DNA from: Dehalococcoidia bacterium
GTDB taxonomy: Bacteria; Chloroflexota; Dehalococcoidia; Lucifugimonadales; JAGWBF01
Reading direction: 5' to 3'
NCBI GenBank assembly: GCA_965225925.1
Contig: CBDDBY010000002.1
Location: forward strand, 124,863 to 188,862
Length of the DNA stretch: 64,000 nt
The notes beneath the pieces are model-generated. The model did not search any database. It was not told the origin of the DNA and was given only the letters and a program-made list of their open reading frames with translations. This document shows, piece after piece, positions 1 to 9,645 of the stretch. Both the position numbers and the translations under genes were made by a program. The stretch's first letter is position 1. Each line of letters begins with the position of its first letter.

Positions 1-2
1 CC

Positions 3-533
3 CTTTTTGCCCTTTGCCGGGAAAGACACGGCGAGCTGACCGGTGGGAGGGAGGATTTTTCGCTGGAGTACAAACCTAGAGTAACCCCTGGGATAACCGG
101 GCCGGGTGAAGACACCCGGTCGGAATTCATGGCTGCACTGGAGGCTTCCAGAAACAAAGAGGTCAGGCTGGGTTCAACGGTGGTGGGACCCCATCGGGAC
201 GACTTCGCTCTCATAGTGAACGACGTTGACATGGGGCCCTACGCATCCAGGGGCCAGGCCCGGACCCTGGCCCTTACTTTGAGACTGGCCGAGGCCGAGT
301 ATCTGGCTTCTGCCAGGGGCGAGGGGCCAATCGTGTTGCTGGACGACGTTCTCTCCGAGATGGACTCATTCCGCAGGGCGCGAGTCCTGGAGAAGGCCGC
401 CCAGTACCAGCAAATGATAATAACCACTACCGACCCGGAAATCATACAAAGGGACGCATTTGACAGCGCCGCCTACTACCAGGTAGATGGCGGCCGGGTG
501 TCGCCCACCCCACCGCCCGCCGATGTCATGTAG
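3..533 (+). CDS. recF: DNA replication/repair protein RecF, C-terminal part (5' end lies upstream of the window)
   Basis: Frame is open from base 3. Translation has GPHRDDF, VLLDDVLSEMD (Walker-B-like) and a C-terminal IITTTD as in RecF. Stop TAG at 531-533. Confidence 0.85.
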   Translation, partial: LFALCRERHGELTGGREDFSLEYKPRVTPGITGPGEDTRSEFMAALEASRNKEVRLGSTVVGPHRDDFALIVNDVDMGPYASRGQARTLALTLRLAEAEYLASARGEGPIVLLDDVLSEMDSFRRARVLEKAAQYQQMIITTTDPEIIQRDAFDSAAYYQVDGGRVSPTPPPADVM

Positions 534-720
534 ACCAGGTGGCTGCGTCTGTGCCATTGCCCTCGGGGGAGTCGCTGAACCCGGCCCAAGCACAACCATC
601 CGGAGGGACGATGGACCAACCTGGCTACCGCCTAGAAGAAGGGGTCCAGCGGGCTGGCGTTATCGTCCTGGAGACGCGGCACCTGATCGCCTGGTGAGCG
701 CGGTGCCACTCTGGTGGAGA

Positions 721-1143
721 TCAACCCTCAACTGACTCCCTCCACCTCTGCTGCAGATGTGGCCCTTTCCGGCCCCTCCCGTGAGGTGTCGCCTGTGATG
801 GCTTTGGCGGCAACGAGAGGGCGAAGCTCAGCGCCTGGTCTAGCCAGTACTTCAGTTCCATATCAGTCCTATAGCCCTCAGGGCCGACATAGACCATTCC
901 TTTGAGAGCGCGACCTGTGAAGTCCATTGGTCGGGCGTGCGGTCTGGCCAGTGCTTTCTCGTGGTTGTCAGGACCGACGCGCACGACCAGGTCGTCTTTT
1001 ATGATGCCGCAGCACATGTTCCCACCCAGCATGAAAGAAAGACCTCCAAACATCTTCTTTTCCGTGAGTTCGTTGCGGTGAGCAAGCACCTCTCGCATGC
1101 GCTCGGCCAAATTTTCGTTGTATGCCACAGAGACTAACCTCAC
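721..1143 (-). CDS. TfoX/Sxy N-terminal domain protein
   Basis: NENLAERMREVL...EKKMFGGLSFMLGGNMCCGI...LVVRV matches the TfoX N-terminal domain pattern. GTG start at 1143, or more likely at 1128. Confidence 0.6.
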   Translation of the reverse strand: MRLVSVAYNENLAERMREVLAHRNELTEKKMFGGLSFMLGGNMCCGIIKDDLVVRVGPDNHEKALARPHARPMDFTGRALKGMVYVGPEGYRTDMELKYWLDQALSFALSLPPKPSQATPHGRGRKGPHLQQRWRESVEG

Positions 1144-1349
1144 TTATCTATGGAGCCAGGCTCTCCATTCTCCGCAAGCTCTTAAGCCCGGCGAAGAAGA
1201 GCTTTATCCCTTTGTCCGGGTCCTAGTGCAGCACGGCTTCAAGGTCAGGCAGGCCTTCCACACCATTTCCGGCGGATAGTTGGAGCAGATCAGCGCGGGC
1301 CGAAGGGAACCGCCTCACAGGACACCACAACCAACCGTAGCTGTAACCA

Positions 1350-2546
1350 CTATTCTGGTCCCGGCCCGCCCTCACCCTCTCCACCCTCCACCGCTACGTC
1401 TTTGCCCATATCCCGCGTTTCCCGGACCCCGCGCTGGCGGCGGACCTCCTTGACCACCTTTTCGGGCCCCGACTCGGGATGGAACTGGAGGGTCCGGACC
1501 GGGTAGTTGATCACGATGCCCTCTTCGTTGAACCGTTGGTGCAGCCTCTGCATCAAGGCCGTCTGCAGACCGAAGCTGGCCAGCCGGTCCTTGGACTGCA
1601 TGAACAGCCAAAAATTTACGTTGGAGTCGCCGAAACTGTCGTAGCCAAACCACCCCTTGTATTCCTTTACGGCATGGGGACTAGTCTCCCGAATTTCATC
1701 CATGACTTCGTGGCAGACCTGCTCAACATAGTAAAGGTCGCTGTCGTAGCTGATCCCACAGTTGACGATAACGTTCACAGCCTCCATAGGCCGCTGATAA
1801 TTTGTGATGATGGTCTCGGCAAACCTGGAGTTGGGCACCACCACCAGGTTATTGGTCCAGGTGCGGATACGGGTGCTGCGCCAACCCACGTCCAGCACGT
1901 AACCGGCGACGCCGTTCTCCATCTCGATATAGTCTCCAGGCGAGATAACGCCCTCGGACATCACGTAGGTCCCGGCGAACAGGTTGGTCAGGGTGGGTTG
2001 AATGGCAAGGGCCACCGCAAGACCTCCCAGGCCCAGTCCAGCTATCAGGGGGCTGATGTTAACCCCCAGCTGGCTGAGCACCAGCAGGCCCCCCAGCCCG
2101 TAGATCAGGACGCTGCTGATTCTTCGGAATATGGGTATGAGGCGTTGGTCCAGGTTGAACCGGTCACGGGTGGCGCCCGTCTCTATGTACCAGTCGAAGG
2201 TGTGGGAGACCATGGAGGCAACGGCCATAACCCCCAAAAAGATGCCCAGAGCGCCCACAAGGGCGTCCACGGCCCTTTGCTCGCCACCGCTCAGGTCCAC
2301 GGGCAAGCTGAAGGCAAGATAGACGCCAAGCAACACGATAGCCAGAGTGAGGGGAAACCTCAGGGACCGGATGATCCGGTTGTCCAGGTCCGTGGGGGTC
2401 CATTTAGCAAAACGGAGAATCAAGGGGACCAGAAGTTTGTAAAATATGGCCGCGACGGCCAGCGAGATCAGGAAGATACCCGCTGCGATGGCGGCATCTA
2501 TTTCAGTGGTGTCCCGTGCTCCAAAAAGCAACAAAGGGAAGTTCAT
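1350..2546 (-). CDS. Mechanosensitive ion channel, MscS family
   Basis: Several N-terminal TM helices, then the MscS pore/beta-domain signature (LAIQPTLTNLFAGTYVMSEGVISPGDYIEM...GYVLDVGWRSTRIRTWTNNLVVVPNS). Confidence 0.85.
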   Translation of the reverse strand: MNFPLLLFGARDTTEIDAAIAAGIFLISLAVAAIFYKLLVPLILRFAKWTPTDLDNRIIRSLRFPLTLAIVLLGVYLAFSLPVDLSGGEQRAVDALVGALGIFLGVMAVASMVSHTFDWYIETGATRDRFNLDQRLIPIFRRISSVLIYGLGGLLVLSQLGVNISPLIAGLGLGGLAVALAIQPTLTNLFAGTYVMSEGVISPGDYIEMENGVAGYVLDVGWRSTRIRTWTNNLVVVPNSRFAETIITNYQRPMEAVNVIVNCGISYDSDLYYVEQVCHEVMDEIRETSPHAVKEYKGWFGYDSFGDSNVNFWLFMQSKDRLASFGLQTALMQRLHQRFNEEGIVINYPVRTLQFHPESGPEKVVKEVRRQRGVRETRDMGKDVAVEGGEGEGGPGPE

Positions 2547-2710
2547 ATATCGTTCGAGCCCCGGTCAGAAGCGGTTAGCGACGAAACCGAGTGTAGTCAT
2601 GCCCCTCAACGCTGTCAATCCCCTGGATGCTCATCACATCGGCAGGATTCCACTTGGGGGCAGGAATCCACCAAGTCATCCAGGACGTTGGCCGTCAGAT
2701 CTGCCCCCAT

Positions 2711-3607
2711 TTAGACGCCGGGAATACGTAGCTGTACCCCTGCCTTCTCTTCCTGTATCTTGGCCACGGCATCCACATCCTCGTGCCCCAGTCCCCGGAC
2801 AAGGGCCTCCACATGCCACTGGTCGACCAGGTTGGAAAGCTCCAATGGAAGGCCCAGCTCCCTGCCAAGGTCCGTGGCCAGGCGGACGTCCTTGGCCGCC
2901 AGGGAGGTGGCGAATCCCGGCTCGAAGTTACCCTTGAACAGGAACCTGGTGAATTTGTGGGTCAGTCTCCGGCAGCTACCCGAGCTGTTGGATATAACGT
3001 CCGACAGCACCGCAAGGTCGACGCCGGCCTTCACACCCAAAGTGAGGGCCTCGGCCAGGAGCACCCCCACTCCCATGGTCATCAGGTTATTGCAGATCTT
3101 ACAGACCATCCCGCTGCCGGCGGGCCCGCAATAGACCACGTGGCCCCCGATGGCGTCCAGCACCGGCTTTATACGGTTGAACACTGCCTCCTCACCCCCC
3201 ACCATGACGGCAAGGCTGCCCTCGGTTGCTCCATAGGGTCCGCCGCTAACCGGTGCGTCCATCACTGTGACCCCCTTTTCCAGGAACAACCGGTGGACTC
3301 GCCGGATGACGGTTGGGGAGTTGGTTGACAGGTCAACGTATACCGACCCGGTATTAGCCCCTTCCAGGATGCCATCCTCTCCCAGAGCCACCGCTTCCAT
3401 TTCCCGTGGGCCGGGCAGGGAGGTGAACACAATCTCGCTGTTCCGGGCCGCTTCCTTGGGGGTGCCGGCCCATCCGGCGCCATTCTCTATCAGGCCCGCG
3501 GCCGACTCCCTATTCAGATCATGGACGGTCAGGTTATGTCCAGCCTTCAACAGGTTTCCAGCCATGGGGTTACCCATGTTGCCCGTTCCAACAAATCCAA
3601 TCTTCAT
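2711..3607 (-). CDS. NAD(P)-dependent 3-hydroxyisobutyrate / 2-hydroxy-3-oxopropionate reductase family oxidoreductase
   Basis: N-terminal Rossmann motif MKIGFVGTGNMGNPMAGNL plus the C-terminal 6PGDH-like helical domain (KICNNL...KDVRLA). Confidence 0.85.
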   Translation of the reverse strand: MKIGFVGTGNMGNPMAGNLLKAGHNLTVHDLNRESAAGLIENGAGWAGTPKEAARNSEIVFTSLPGPREMEAVALGEDGILEGANTGSVYVDLSTNSPTVIRRVHRLFLEKGVTVMDAPVSGGPYGATEGSLAVMVGGEEAVFNRIKPVLDAIGGHVVYCGPAGSGMVCKICNNLMTMGVGVLLAEALTLGVKAGVDLAVLSDVISNSSGSCRRLTHKFTRFLFKGNFEPGFATSLAAKDVRLATDLGRELGLPLELSNLVDQWHVEALVRGLGHEDVDAVAKIQEEKAGVQLRIPGV

Positions 3608-4671
3608 TGGGAAATCGTCCTCCTTCTAAACAGCTTGGCGGCAGCCGGTACCACCTTTATGATCCTCACTCCGGTCTTCAGCGCGCCAACCCCTGATCTG
3701 CGGACCAACCCCGGGGACCTTGGCCCACCATGGTCCGGGATGACGTCTTCGATGAGAGTGCCTTGGGCCACACCTACCACCATGCGGCCGTACTCCGACG
3801 AAAACTCCGCTCCCACTAACAGGATGAAGGCGGATATGTATATCCACGCCAGCATGGCGATAAGGGAGCCTATGGAGCCATAGACCACCTCGTAGCTGGA
3901 GAAATTGTCCAGGTAATAGACAAAGATGCTCTTGCCCACCTCAAATAGGACTGCCGCCAACAGTGCCCCAGGCCATACGTACCGCCAGAAGGTCCTGGTG
4001 TTGGGAATGAACTTATATATGGCAAGGAAAATGGCCAGCGTGAATACGAAGGGCAGGACTCGGGTGATGAGGTTAACCCCAGTGTTTTCAAGGAAGCTCA
4101 GCTTCCCTACCACCGGTAGGTCTATCTTGCCTAAAATCTGAATGGCGGTGGTAGCCGATACGGACAGGAGAAATAATATGCCGACTCCCATGGCCATGGC
4201 CAGCTGCCGTGGCTTGGCAATATAGAACGGGCGGTCCTGATGGACGTCCCAGGCGCGGTTAACAGCCCGGCTTATGGCGCCGAAGACCGCACTTCCCGTC
4301 CAGAAAAGCCCGAGTATGCTGAATAGCCCCAGGGCGCCTCGTTGGTTGTTGATGGCGTCGATGTTGTCTTCCAGCTGTGTGGTGGAGGCGGGAAGATAAG
4401 TGCCGAAGAACTCGAATAGCTCATCATGGACCACGTCAGACCTGAGAAAGAGGCTGAGGAGGGCTATGAGCCCCAACATCAACGGGAACAGCGACAGGAT
4501 GGCGTAGTATGCCACTCCGGCCGCCATGTGGGAGGCGTCATCTTTGCCCAACTCCTGGGCAGTCCGGACGATTAATCTTATCGCCGGAACTTCAAAGAGA
4601 CGAGAGCCGACGCCTTCGCCCTTTCTGCGCAGTTGGCCAAACAGGGCTTGAATTCGAGAAATCGAAAACAT
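3604..4671 (-). CDS. YihY/BrkB family inner-membrane protein
   Basis: Polytopic membrane protein with the YihY pattern (AAGVAYYAILSLFPL...YGSIGSLIAMLAWIYISAFILLVGAEF). ATG at 4671 chosen over the 48-codon upstream extension. 4-nt overlap with the downstream reductase gene. Confidence 0.75.
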   Translation of the reverse strand: MFSISRIQALFGQLRRKGEGVGSRLFEVPAIRLIVRTAQELGKDDASHMAAGVAYYAILSLFPLMLGLIALLSLFLRSDVVHDELFEFFGTYLPASTTQLEDNIDAINNQRGALGLFSILGLFWTGSAVFGAISRAVNRAWDVHQDRPFYIAKPRQLAMAMGVGILFLLSVSATTAIQILGKIDLPVVGKLSFLENTGVNLITRVLPFVFTLAIFLAIYKFIPNTRTFWRYVWPGALLAAVLFEVGKSIFVYYLDNFSSYEVVYGSIGSLIAMLAWIYISAFILLVGAEFSSEYGRMVVGVAQGTLIEDVIPDHGGPRSPGLVRRSGVGALKTGVRIIKVVPAAAKLFRRRTISQ

Positions 4672-4914
4672 GGCATTCCCGCCGTCGCGGCTGGCGTTGG
4701 GTATTCTACACCCGACCCGGTGAGCATTTGCAGGGATGCGGCCACCAAGAAAGGGAATTGAAAGGGGGATAGACCCGGGTAGCGGCCCTATCCCCCCAAT
4801 GCGCCTGATGGTCACTCATGAAAGGCCTTATTTATACGGCTCATCGCAGAATTAACGGTAATTGCGGCCAAGGCCACTGACCTCCGCAGCTACGTCGAAC
4901 CGCGACCAGAAAGT

Positions 4915-6018
4915 TTACTTTTTCTCTTCTTCGATTGGCCTGAAGGGGGCTCTGAGCATTACCCTGACCCCCGCAATGCTCCCCGACACCGCCTTGGTGA
5001 CCGCGGCGGCTGCTGACTCACTTATCGCTCCAGCTGCCCCCACCGCGCCATTGGCCGCCGCCGATGCCGCATCCTCGGCTTTCAACCCAGTACCCTTCGC
5101 GCCGTCAATGGCGCCCTCCACCGCATTTCTGGCTACCGACGCCAAATCGCCTCCCACACCCGCGGCTCCCTTGATTAACCCACGGCTGCTATCCTCGACG
5201 GCCTGCATCACATTGCCGCCTATATTCTGGGTCCCAGTAACAGTCCCCTGGATTGTGTCATGTGCAGCTGCTCCCAGGTCCCCACCCACCTCTCTTGCAC
5301 CCTGAATCGCTCCTCGGGCAGCGCTGAAGGCGGCATCCTGAGCCCTAACGGCGACACTGCCTGTAGCTTCTATAGCACCTTCTACGGCATTCCTAGTCAC
5401 CGCCGATACGTCGCCACCCACCGCTGAAGCAGTACCGATTAACCCACGGGTGCTATCCTCGATGGCCTCCATTACATTGCCGCCTACCTCGCTGGTCCCG
5501 GTGATTGTTCCTTTGATGGTGTCTTTTGCGGCGGACCCCAGGTCTCCACCTACGTCCTTCGTGCCTTGGATCGCTCCTCGCGCCACGCCGAAGGCAGCAT
5601 CCTCCGCCCTCAGGCCGACACTTTTGGTGGTCTCAATTGCGCCTTCGGCGGCGCTCCGGGCCACCGAGTGCACATCGCCACCCACCTCGCTGGTGCCCTT
5701 GATGGCGGCCCGCACAGTATCACTCATGACGCCTACCGTAACCGTGCTCACCTCTCCGGCCCCACGAATCACACCAATGACGGCGCCTTTGGCCGCCGAG
5801 CCGGCATCGGTTCCGACCTCATTAGCCGCCTGGATTGCGCCCTTTACCGCATCCGTAGTCAGGCCTTGTATCTGATTTAAGATCTCCCTGGTCCCACCAA
5901 GCGCGGCCACCGTATTGCTGCGGGCGGCCTCTATAGTATTCCCCACTACATCCCCGGCCCCGCTAACGGCTCCTGTCAGAGCATCCCTGATATTTTTCCC
6001 CAGATTTCCTAGAGTCAT
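4915..6018 (-). CDS. Ala/Gly/Val-rich protein made of tandem 22-residue repeats (function unknown)
   Basis: 367-aa ORF with strong RBS (AAGGAGGTG, 7 nt before the ATG). It begins 35 nt downstream of the etfA stop. Residues 60-345 are 13 consecutive 22-mers of the form G-[AVTL]-I-x-G-x-x-x-V-G-G-[DN]. Confidence 0.7.
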   Translation of the reverse strand: MTLGNLGKNIRDALTGAVSGAGDVVGNTIEAARSNTVAALGGTREILNQIQGLTTDAVKGAIQAANEVGTDAGSAAKGAVIGVIRGAGEVSTVTVGVMSDTVRAAIKGTSEVGGDVHSVARSAAEGAIETTKSVGLRAEDAAFGVARGAIQGTKDVGGDLGSAAKDTIKGTITGTSEVGGNVMEAIEDSTRGLIGTASAVGGDVSAVTRNAVEGAIEATGSVAVRAQDAAFSAARGAIQGAREVGGDLGAAAHDTIQGTVTGTQNIGGNVMQAVEDSSRGLIKGAAGVGGDLASVARNAVEGAIDGAKGTGLKAEDAASAAANGAVGAAGAISESAAAAVTKAVSGSIAGVRVMLRAPFRPIEEEKK

Positions 6019-6052
6019 CCGGTCACCTCCTTATATATTCATATCAGCCATA

Positions 6053-7048
6053 TCAGCTTTTTATCAGGTCCCTCAATGCTTCAGTTAAGGCGGGGAGCAC
6101 CTTTTGCCAGTCACCCACCACACCGTAGCGAGACTCCCTGAATATATTGGCCTCCGGGTCCTTGTTTATCGCCACAATCACCTTTGCGCCGGAGCAGCCG
6201 GCCATGTGCTGGCTCGCCCCGGAGATGCCCACGGTGATGTACAGATCGGGTGTAATGGACTTCCCGGTGAGGCCTATCTGCCAGTTGGAGGGCACCCATC
6301 CTGAGTCCACAGCGGCCCGCGACGCGCCCACCCCTGCGCCCATCACCCGGGCCAGCTCTTCGATATCTTTGAAGGGTTCGGGCCCTCCAAGCCCCCTTCC
6401 CCCGGCCACCACTATCCTGGCATCCTCCAGTTTGACCCCATCCGATTCCTCCCTTACTACCTCCACCACTTTGGCCTTGGCGATGGATGGGTCCAGGTCC
6501 ACATTCACATGCACCACCTCCCCTTCTCGGACCTCACCGGGCTCCAGTGGTTCGTAGGCCTTGGGCCTGACAGCCGCCATCTGAGGTAAGTTGGTACAGG
6601 CCACGGTGGCCACCGCATTCCCTCCGTACACCGGCCGGTTACCCAGGAGCCTGCCCGAATCCGGGTCAATCTTTACCTCCAAGCAGTCCTGCAAAAGGCC
6701 GGCTCCAAGCCGGAACGCCAGCCTGGGCGCCACCTCCTTTCCATTAAGGGTCCGGGCCATAAGCAAGACATTGGGAGAGGCTTCGCTGCAAAGCTGGGCC
6801 AGAGCCACCAAATGGAGGTCTACCTGGTACTCAGCCAGAAGGGGGCTGCTCACGGCGTACACCTTGTCTACCCCGTATCTGAAAGCATTCCCGGCTGGTG
6901 ACTGGAGGTCCACGCCCAGCAGACCCAGTGCCAGCTCACATCCCAGCTGATCGGCCACTCCTCGGCCGGCAGCCAGCATCTCCCTGGTAGTAACGCTAAG
7001 CTGACCATCCGTGACCTCTCCTAAAACCAGGACCCCATTTGGTTCCAT
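6053..7048 (-). CDS. etfA: Electron transfer flavoprotein alpha subunit
   Basis: C-terminal FAD-binding signature (IVVAGGRGLG...ARVMGAGVGASRAAVDSGW...QIGLTGKSITPDLYITVGISGASQHMAG). ATG 7048 is preceded by GGAGG. Confidence 0.9.
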   Translation of the reverse strand: MEPNGVLVLGEVTDGQLSVTTREMLAAGRGVADQLGCELALGLLGVDLQSPAGNAFRYGVDKVYAVSSPLLAEYQVDLHLVALAQLCSEASPNVLLMARTLNGKEVAPRLAFRLGAGLLQDCLEVKIDPDSGRLLGNRPVYGGNAVATVACTNLPQMAAVRPKAYEPLEPGEVREGEVVHVNVDLDPSIAKAKVVEVVREESDGVKLEDARIVVAGGRGLGGPEPFKDIEELARVMGAGVGASRAAVDSGWVPSNWQIGLTGKSITPDLYITVGISGASQHMAGCSGAKVIVAINKDPEANIFRESRYGVVGDWQKVLPALTEALRDLIKS

Positions 7049-7159
7049 AAACCAGGCCTCCAAGATTTGGAAACGTCGGGCCGATGTTTCTCTCTAATAG
7101 ACCAATGAAAGCCGGTTTCCTGCCAGCGCGCCAGTTGGGAAATCAGGTCATCCGGCGGC

Positions 7160-7960
7160 CTAGACCAGCTTGGCTTCCCTCAGCTTGAGGGCCAAATTCC
7201 GGCCTGCCTCTTCGTCCGACTCACCCTCGATAAAGTCGCACTTCTTCTCGCTGACGGGAACGAAGAGGTCCACCAAGGTGACGCGGGGACTCAGTTGAGA
7301 GAGGTCTATGTCCAGGTCCTGGGCGCTCCAGACGGTAGGCTTCTTGCGCGTGGCCGCCATAATGCCCCGTAGGGTGGGATAGCGAGGCTGGCCCAGCTCG
7401 TTGCTAACGGTGACCAAAGAAGGCAGCGGAGCCTCGACCACCTCGTAGCCTTCGGGCACCACCCGTTCCACGATCACCTTGCCGTCGCCCACCTCCACCT
7501 TCTGCCCGATGGTAACGCAGGGTAGGCCAAGGATCTCAGCCACCCCCATGGGCACCTGGGCATTGTCCCAGTCGGAGGCCTGCCTCCCACAGATAACGAT
7601 GTCGAATGGGCCCAGCTTCTTTATAGCCGCGGCAAGGACCTGGGCAACCACATAGCTGTCCACCACGTTCTCAAAGGCTTCATCCTGCAGCAGCACAAGT
7701 TCGTCGGCCCCCATGGACAGCGGCTTCTTAATTACGTCCATGGAGAAGTCCTTGCCCATAGATATGACCGTTATAGTGGCGCCATGGGCGTCTTTGAGCC
7801 TGAGGGCCGCTTCCACGGCGTTCTCGTCGAACCCGTTGACCACGGGAGGCATGTTAGAAGGGGTAACAACCCGACTGTTCTCCCTATCCACTTGAAAAGC
7901 CGACATGGGCATATCGGGGTCTATGACCTGTTTGGCCAGTACAATTATGTTCAGGGGCAA
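7160..7960 (-). CDS. etfB: Electron transfer flavoprotein beta subunit
   Basis: NIIVLAKQVIDPD...VVNGFDENAVEAALRLKD...IVICGRQASDWDNAQV is typical EtfB. TTG at 7960 with GGAGG 7 nt upstream is preferred. The ORF is open up to 8038. Confidence 0.85.
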   Translation of the reverse strand: MPLNIIVLAKQVIDPDMPMSAFQVDRENSRVVTPSNMPPVVNGFDENAVEAALRLKDAHGATITVISMGKDFSMDVIKKPLSMGADELVLLQDEAFENVVDSYVVAQVLAAAIKKLGPFDIVICGRQASDWDNAQVPMGVAEILGLPCVTIGQKVEVGDGKVIVERVVPEGYEVVEAPLPSLVTVSNELGQPRYPTLRGIMAATRKKPTVWSAQDLDIDLSQLSPRVTLVDLFVPVSEKKCDFIEGESDEEAGRNLALKLREAKLV

Positions 7961-8314
7961 GACCTCGCCTCCGGTGCGACCAACCATCGCCCTCTTCTGG
8001 GCATCCTGAAATATAGCACCAGGCTCCTCCAGTGTCAAACGTAGAAACCCACCTCAACGGCGGCGCCGTAACCACCCACCTAATCCACGCCGGCCTGCCC
8101 GCAGCGGTACACCAAAGCCCCAAAACCGGTGGTCCCACCGGAATATCCGGATGTCCACTATTCACAATTGTCACCTGATGGTATATTTTCATCGCGCTAC
8201 GGGGCCGGTTTGGTACGGTGCCTTCTTATATAGGCAGTATACGAAGGCCGAAAACGATTCCGGACGCCCATCAAGGCAATTTGGAATATTCTCAGTTTTT
8301 GGGGTAATAAGCAC

Positions 8315-8343
8315 TTGCCAGGGACGAAAATAATGCTTATATT
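8315..8343 (+). promoter_or_regulatory. Candidate sigma-70-type promoter (TTGCCA-N17-TATATT)
   Basis: The hexamers were read directly at 8315-8320 and 8338-8343, about 100 nt upstream of the 8442 ORF. Confidence 0.35.
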
Positions 8344-8441
8344 ATGTGACCAGCTTGTGGCCGATATGCCATTAGCGGGTGGTAAATAGCGGACTGAGAT
8401 AAACGGCTTTCGGATGCCTTTTAGAATAACAAGGAGGCACT

Positions 8442-9560
8442 ATGTCAAGGTATAAAATCCTACCCTTGATCCTGGTAGTGGGGCTACTCTCTCTTCTGAT
8501 CCCCCTCACTATCGCGCTAGGCCAAGGTGGCGGAGGCACCGTCAGCACAGTGGACAGCGACGGCAATAACAACAGCAACCAGATCAATATAGAGCTGACC
8601 GACCTCCGCGTTTTGGGGGCGGACCAGGCTTACGAAGGCTGGCTGGTCTCCGTCGACGGCAGCAGGAAGGAAAGCACAGGGATCCTGACACCCGACGGCG
8701 ACGGCAACGTGAGCTCCACCTTCTGGCTCAGGTCAGAGGATGCACCCTCCGGAGAGAACCTGTTCGCCGACTTCGACAAGTTCGTATTGACAATCGAGCC
8801 GGTGCCCGACGCCGATGCCGGGCCTTCCGCCGACGTGGCGTTGATTCACACCACCCCCGCGGGCGCGTTTCTCCACATCGGCCACCTGACATACTCATGG
8901 GCCGGGAACCCTGCGTACACATCCGGGTTCCATGAGGGTACGCCCAAGGGCATCACCGTAGGCCTCAGAGAGCAGACCAATACCGCTCTGGCACATTCCC
9001 GCCTCTCAATAGGATCCACGGACCTGGCAGGGGTACAGGCCCACGCCTGCCACGTGGTGAACATCGTCGAGGGCACCGAGGGGGCAAACTTCGATGCCAC
9101 CTGCGGCAATCCCGGCGATGGCTTCGGCGTCCTGAATTATGCTGCGGACACGAAGCATGCGGGCTTCGCCGCCTCAAACGCGCCAGACGACACAGTGATA
9201 GGGGAGAACTCCAACCGGGTAGCCGCCGCGGCCGCCGAAGTAACCCCCTGGGCCGGCTTGGCCCGAGACCAGGCCCTGCTGGCCATTGGCAGCAATGACA
9301 TCGACGCCGCCAAGCTATTCGTAAGTAACGCGGAAGCCCGCCTGGTCAGCTCTCTGGCCAGTGCCAAGACGGCCTACACAGCGGCCCAGGACATGGGCAT
9401 GCACACCCTGGCAGCTCCCCCCCCAGCGGCGCCGCCGGACACAGGCGACCCCATCGTTCCCAACCTAGCCCTGGGTGTGCTGATAGCTGGCGCGATTCTC
9501 CTGCTGGGCGGGTCTTATATCTACCGCCGCAACAGAATCCGGGCAGGGCAGACTTCGTAA
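8442..9560 (+). CDS. Exported cell-surface protein with LPXTG-like C-terminal sorting signal
   Basis: N-terminal signal/anchor (ILPLILVVGLLSLLIPLTIALG). C-terminus is PPDTGD, then a hydrophobic helix, then the basic tail YRRNRIR. RBS AAGGAGG upstream. Confidence 0.6.
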   Translation: MSRYKILPLILVVGLLSLLIPLTIALGQGGGGTVSTVDSDGNNNSNQINIELTDLRVLGADQAYEGWLVSVDGSRKESTGILTPDGDGNVSSTFWLRSEDAPSGENLFADFDKFVLTIEPVPDADAGPSADVALIHTTPAGAFLHIGHLTYSWAGNPAYTSGFHEGTPKGITVGLREQTNTALAHSRLSIGSTDLAGVQAHACHVVNIVEGTEGANFDATCGNPGDGFGVLNYAADTKHAGFAASNAPDDTVIGENSNRVAAAAAEVTPWAGLARDQALLAIGSNDIDAAKLFVSNAEARLVSSLASAKTAYTAAQDMGMHTLAAPPPAAPPDTGDPIVPNLALGVLIAGAILLLGGSYIYRRNRIRAGQTS

Positions 9561-9615
9561 CAAACTAAAGTGAGGCCCTTCTTCGCCGAAGGGGCCGTCA
9601 ACAAGGAACAAACCC

Positions 9616-9645
9616 AGGACCCCTGGCTATTAAACCAGGGGTCCT
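9616..9645. terminator. Perfect 11-bp-stem hairpin between convergent genes (probable bidirectional terminator)
   Basis: AGGACCCCTGG-ctattaaa-CCAGGGGTCCT, followed on the + strand by tcaatttagttt. Confidence 0.5.

Noticed and set aside
1479-2714. 411-aa plus-strand ORF
   Set aside because: It is antisense to the well-supported MscS gene. Composition is Gly/Pro/His/Gln-rich and typical of shadow ORFs in high-GC DNA, and no family resemblance was seen. The same reasoning applies to 2446-2937 and 2783-3328.
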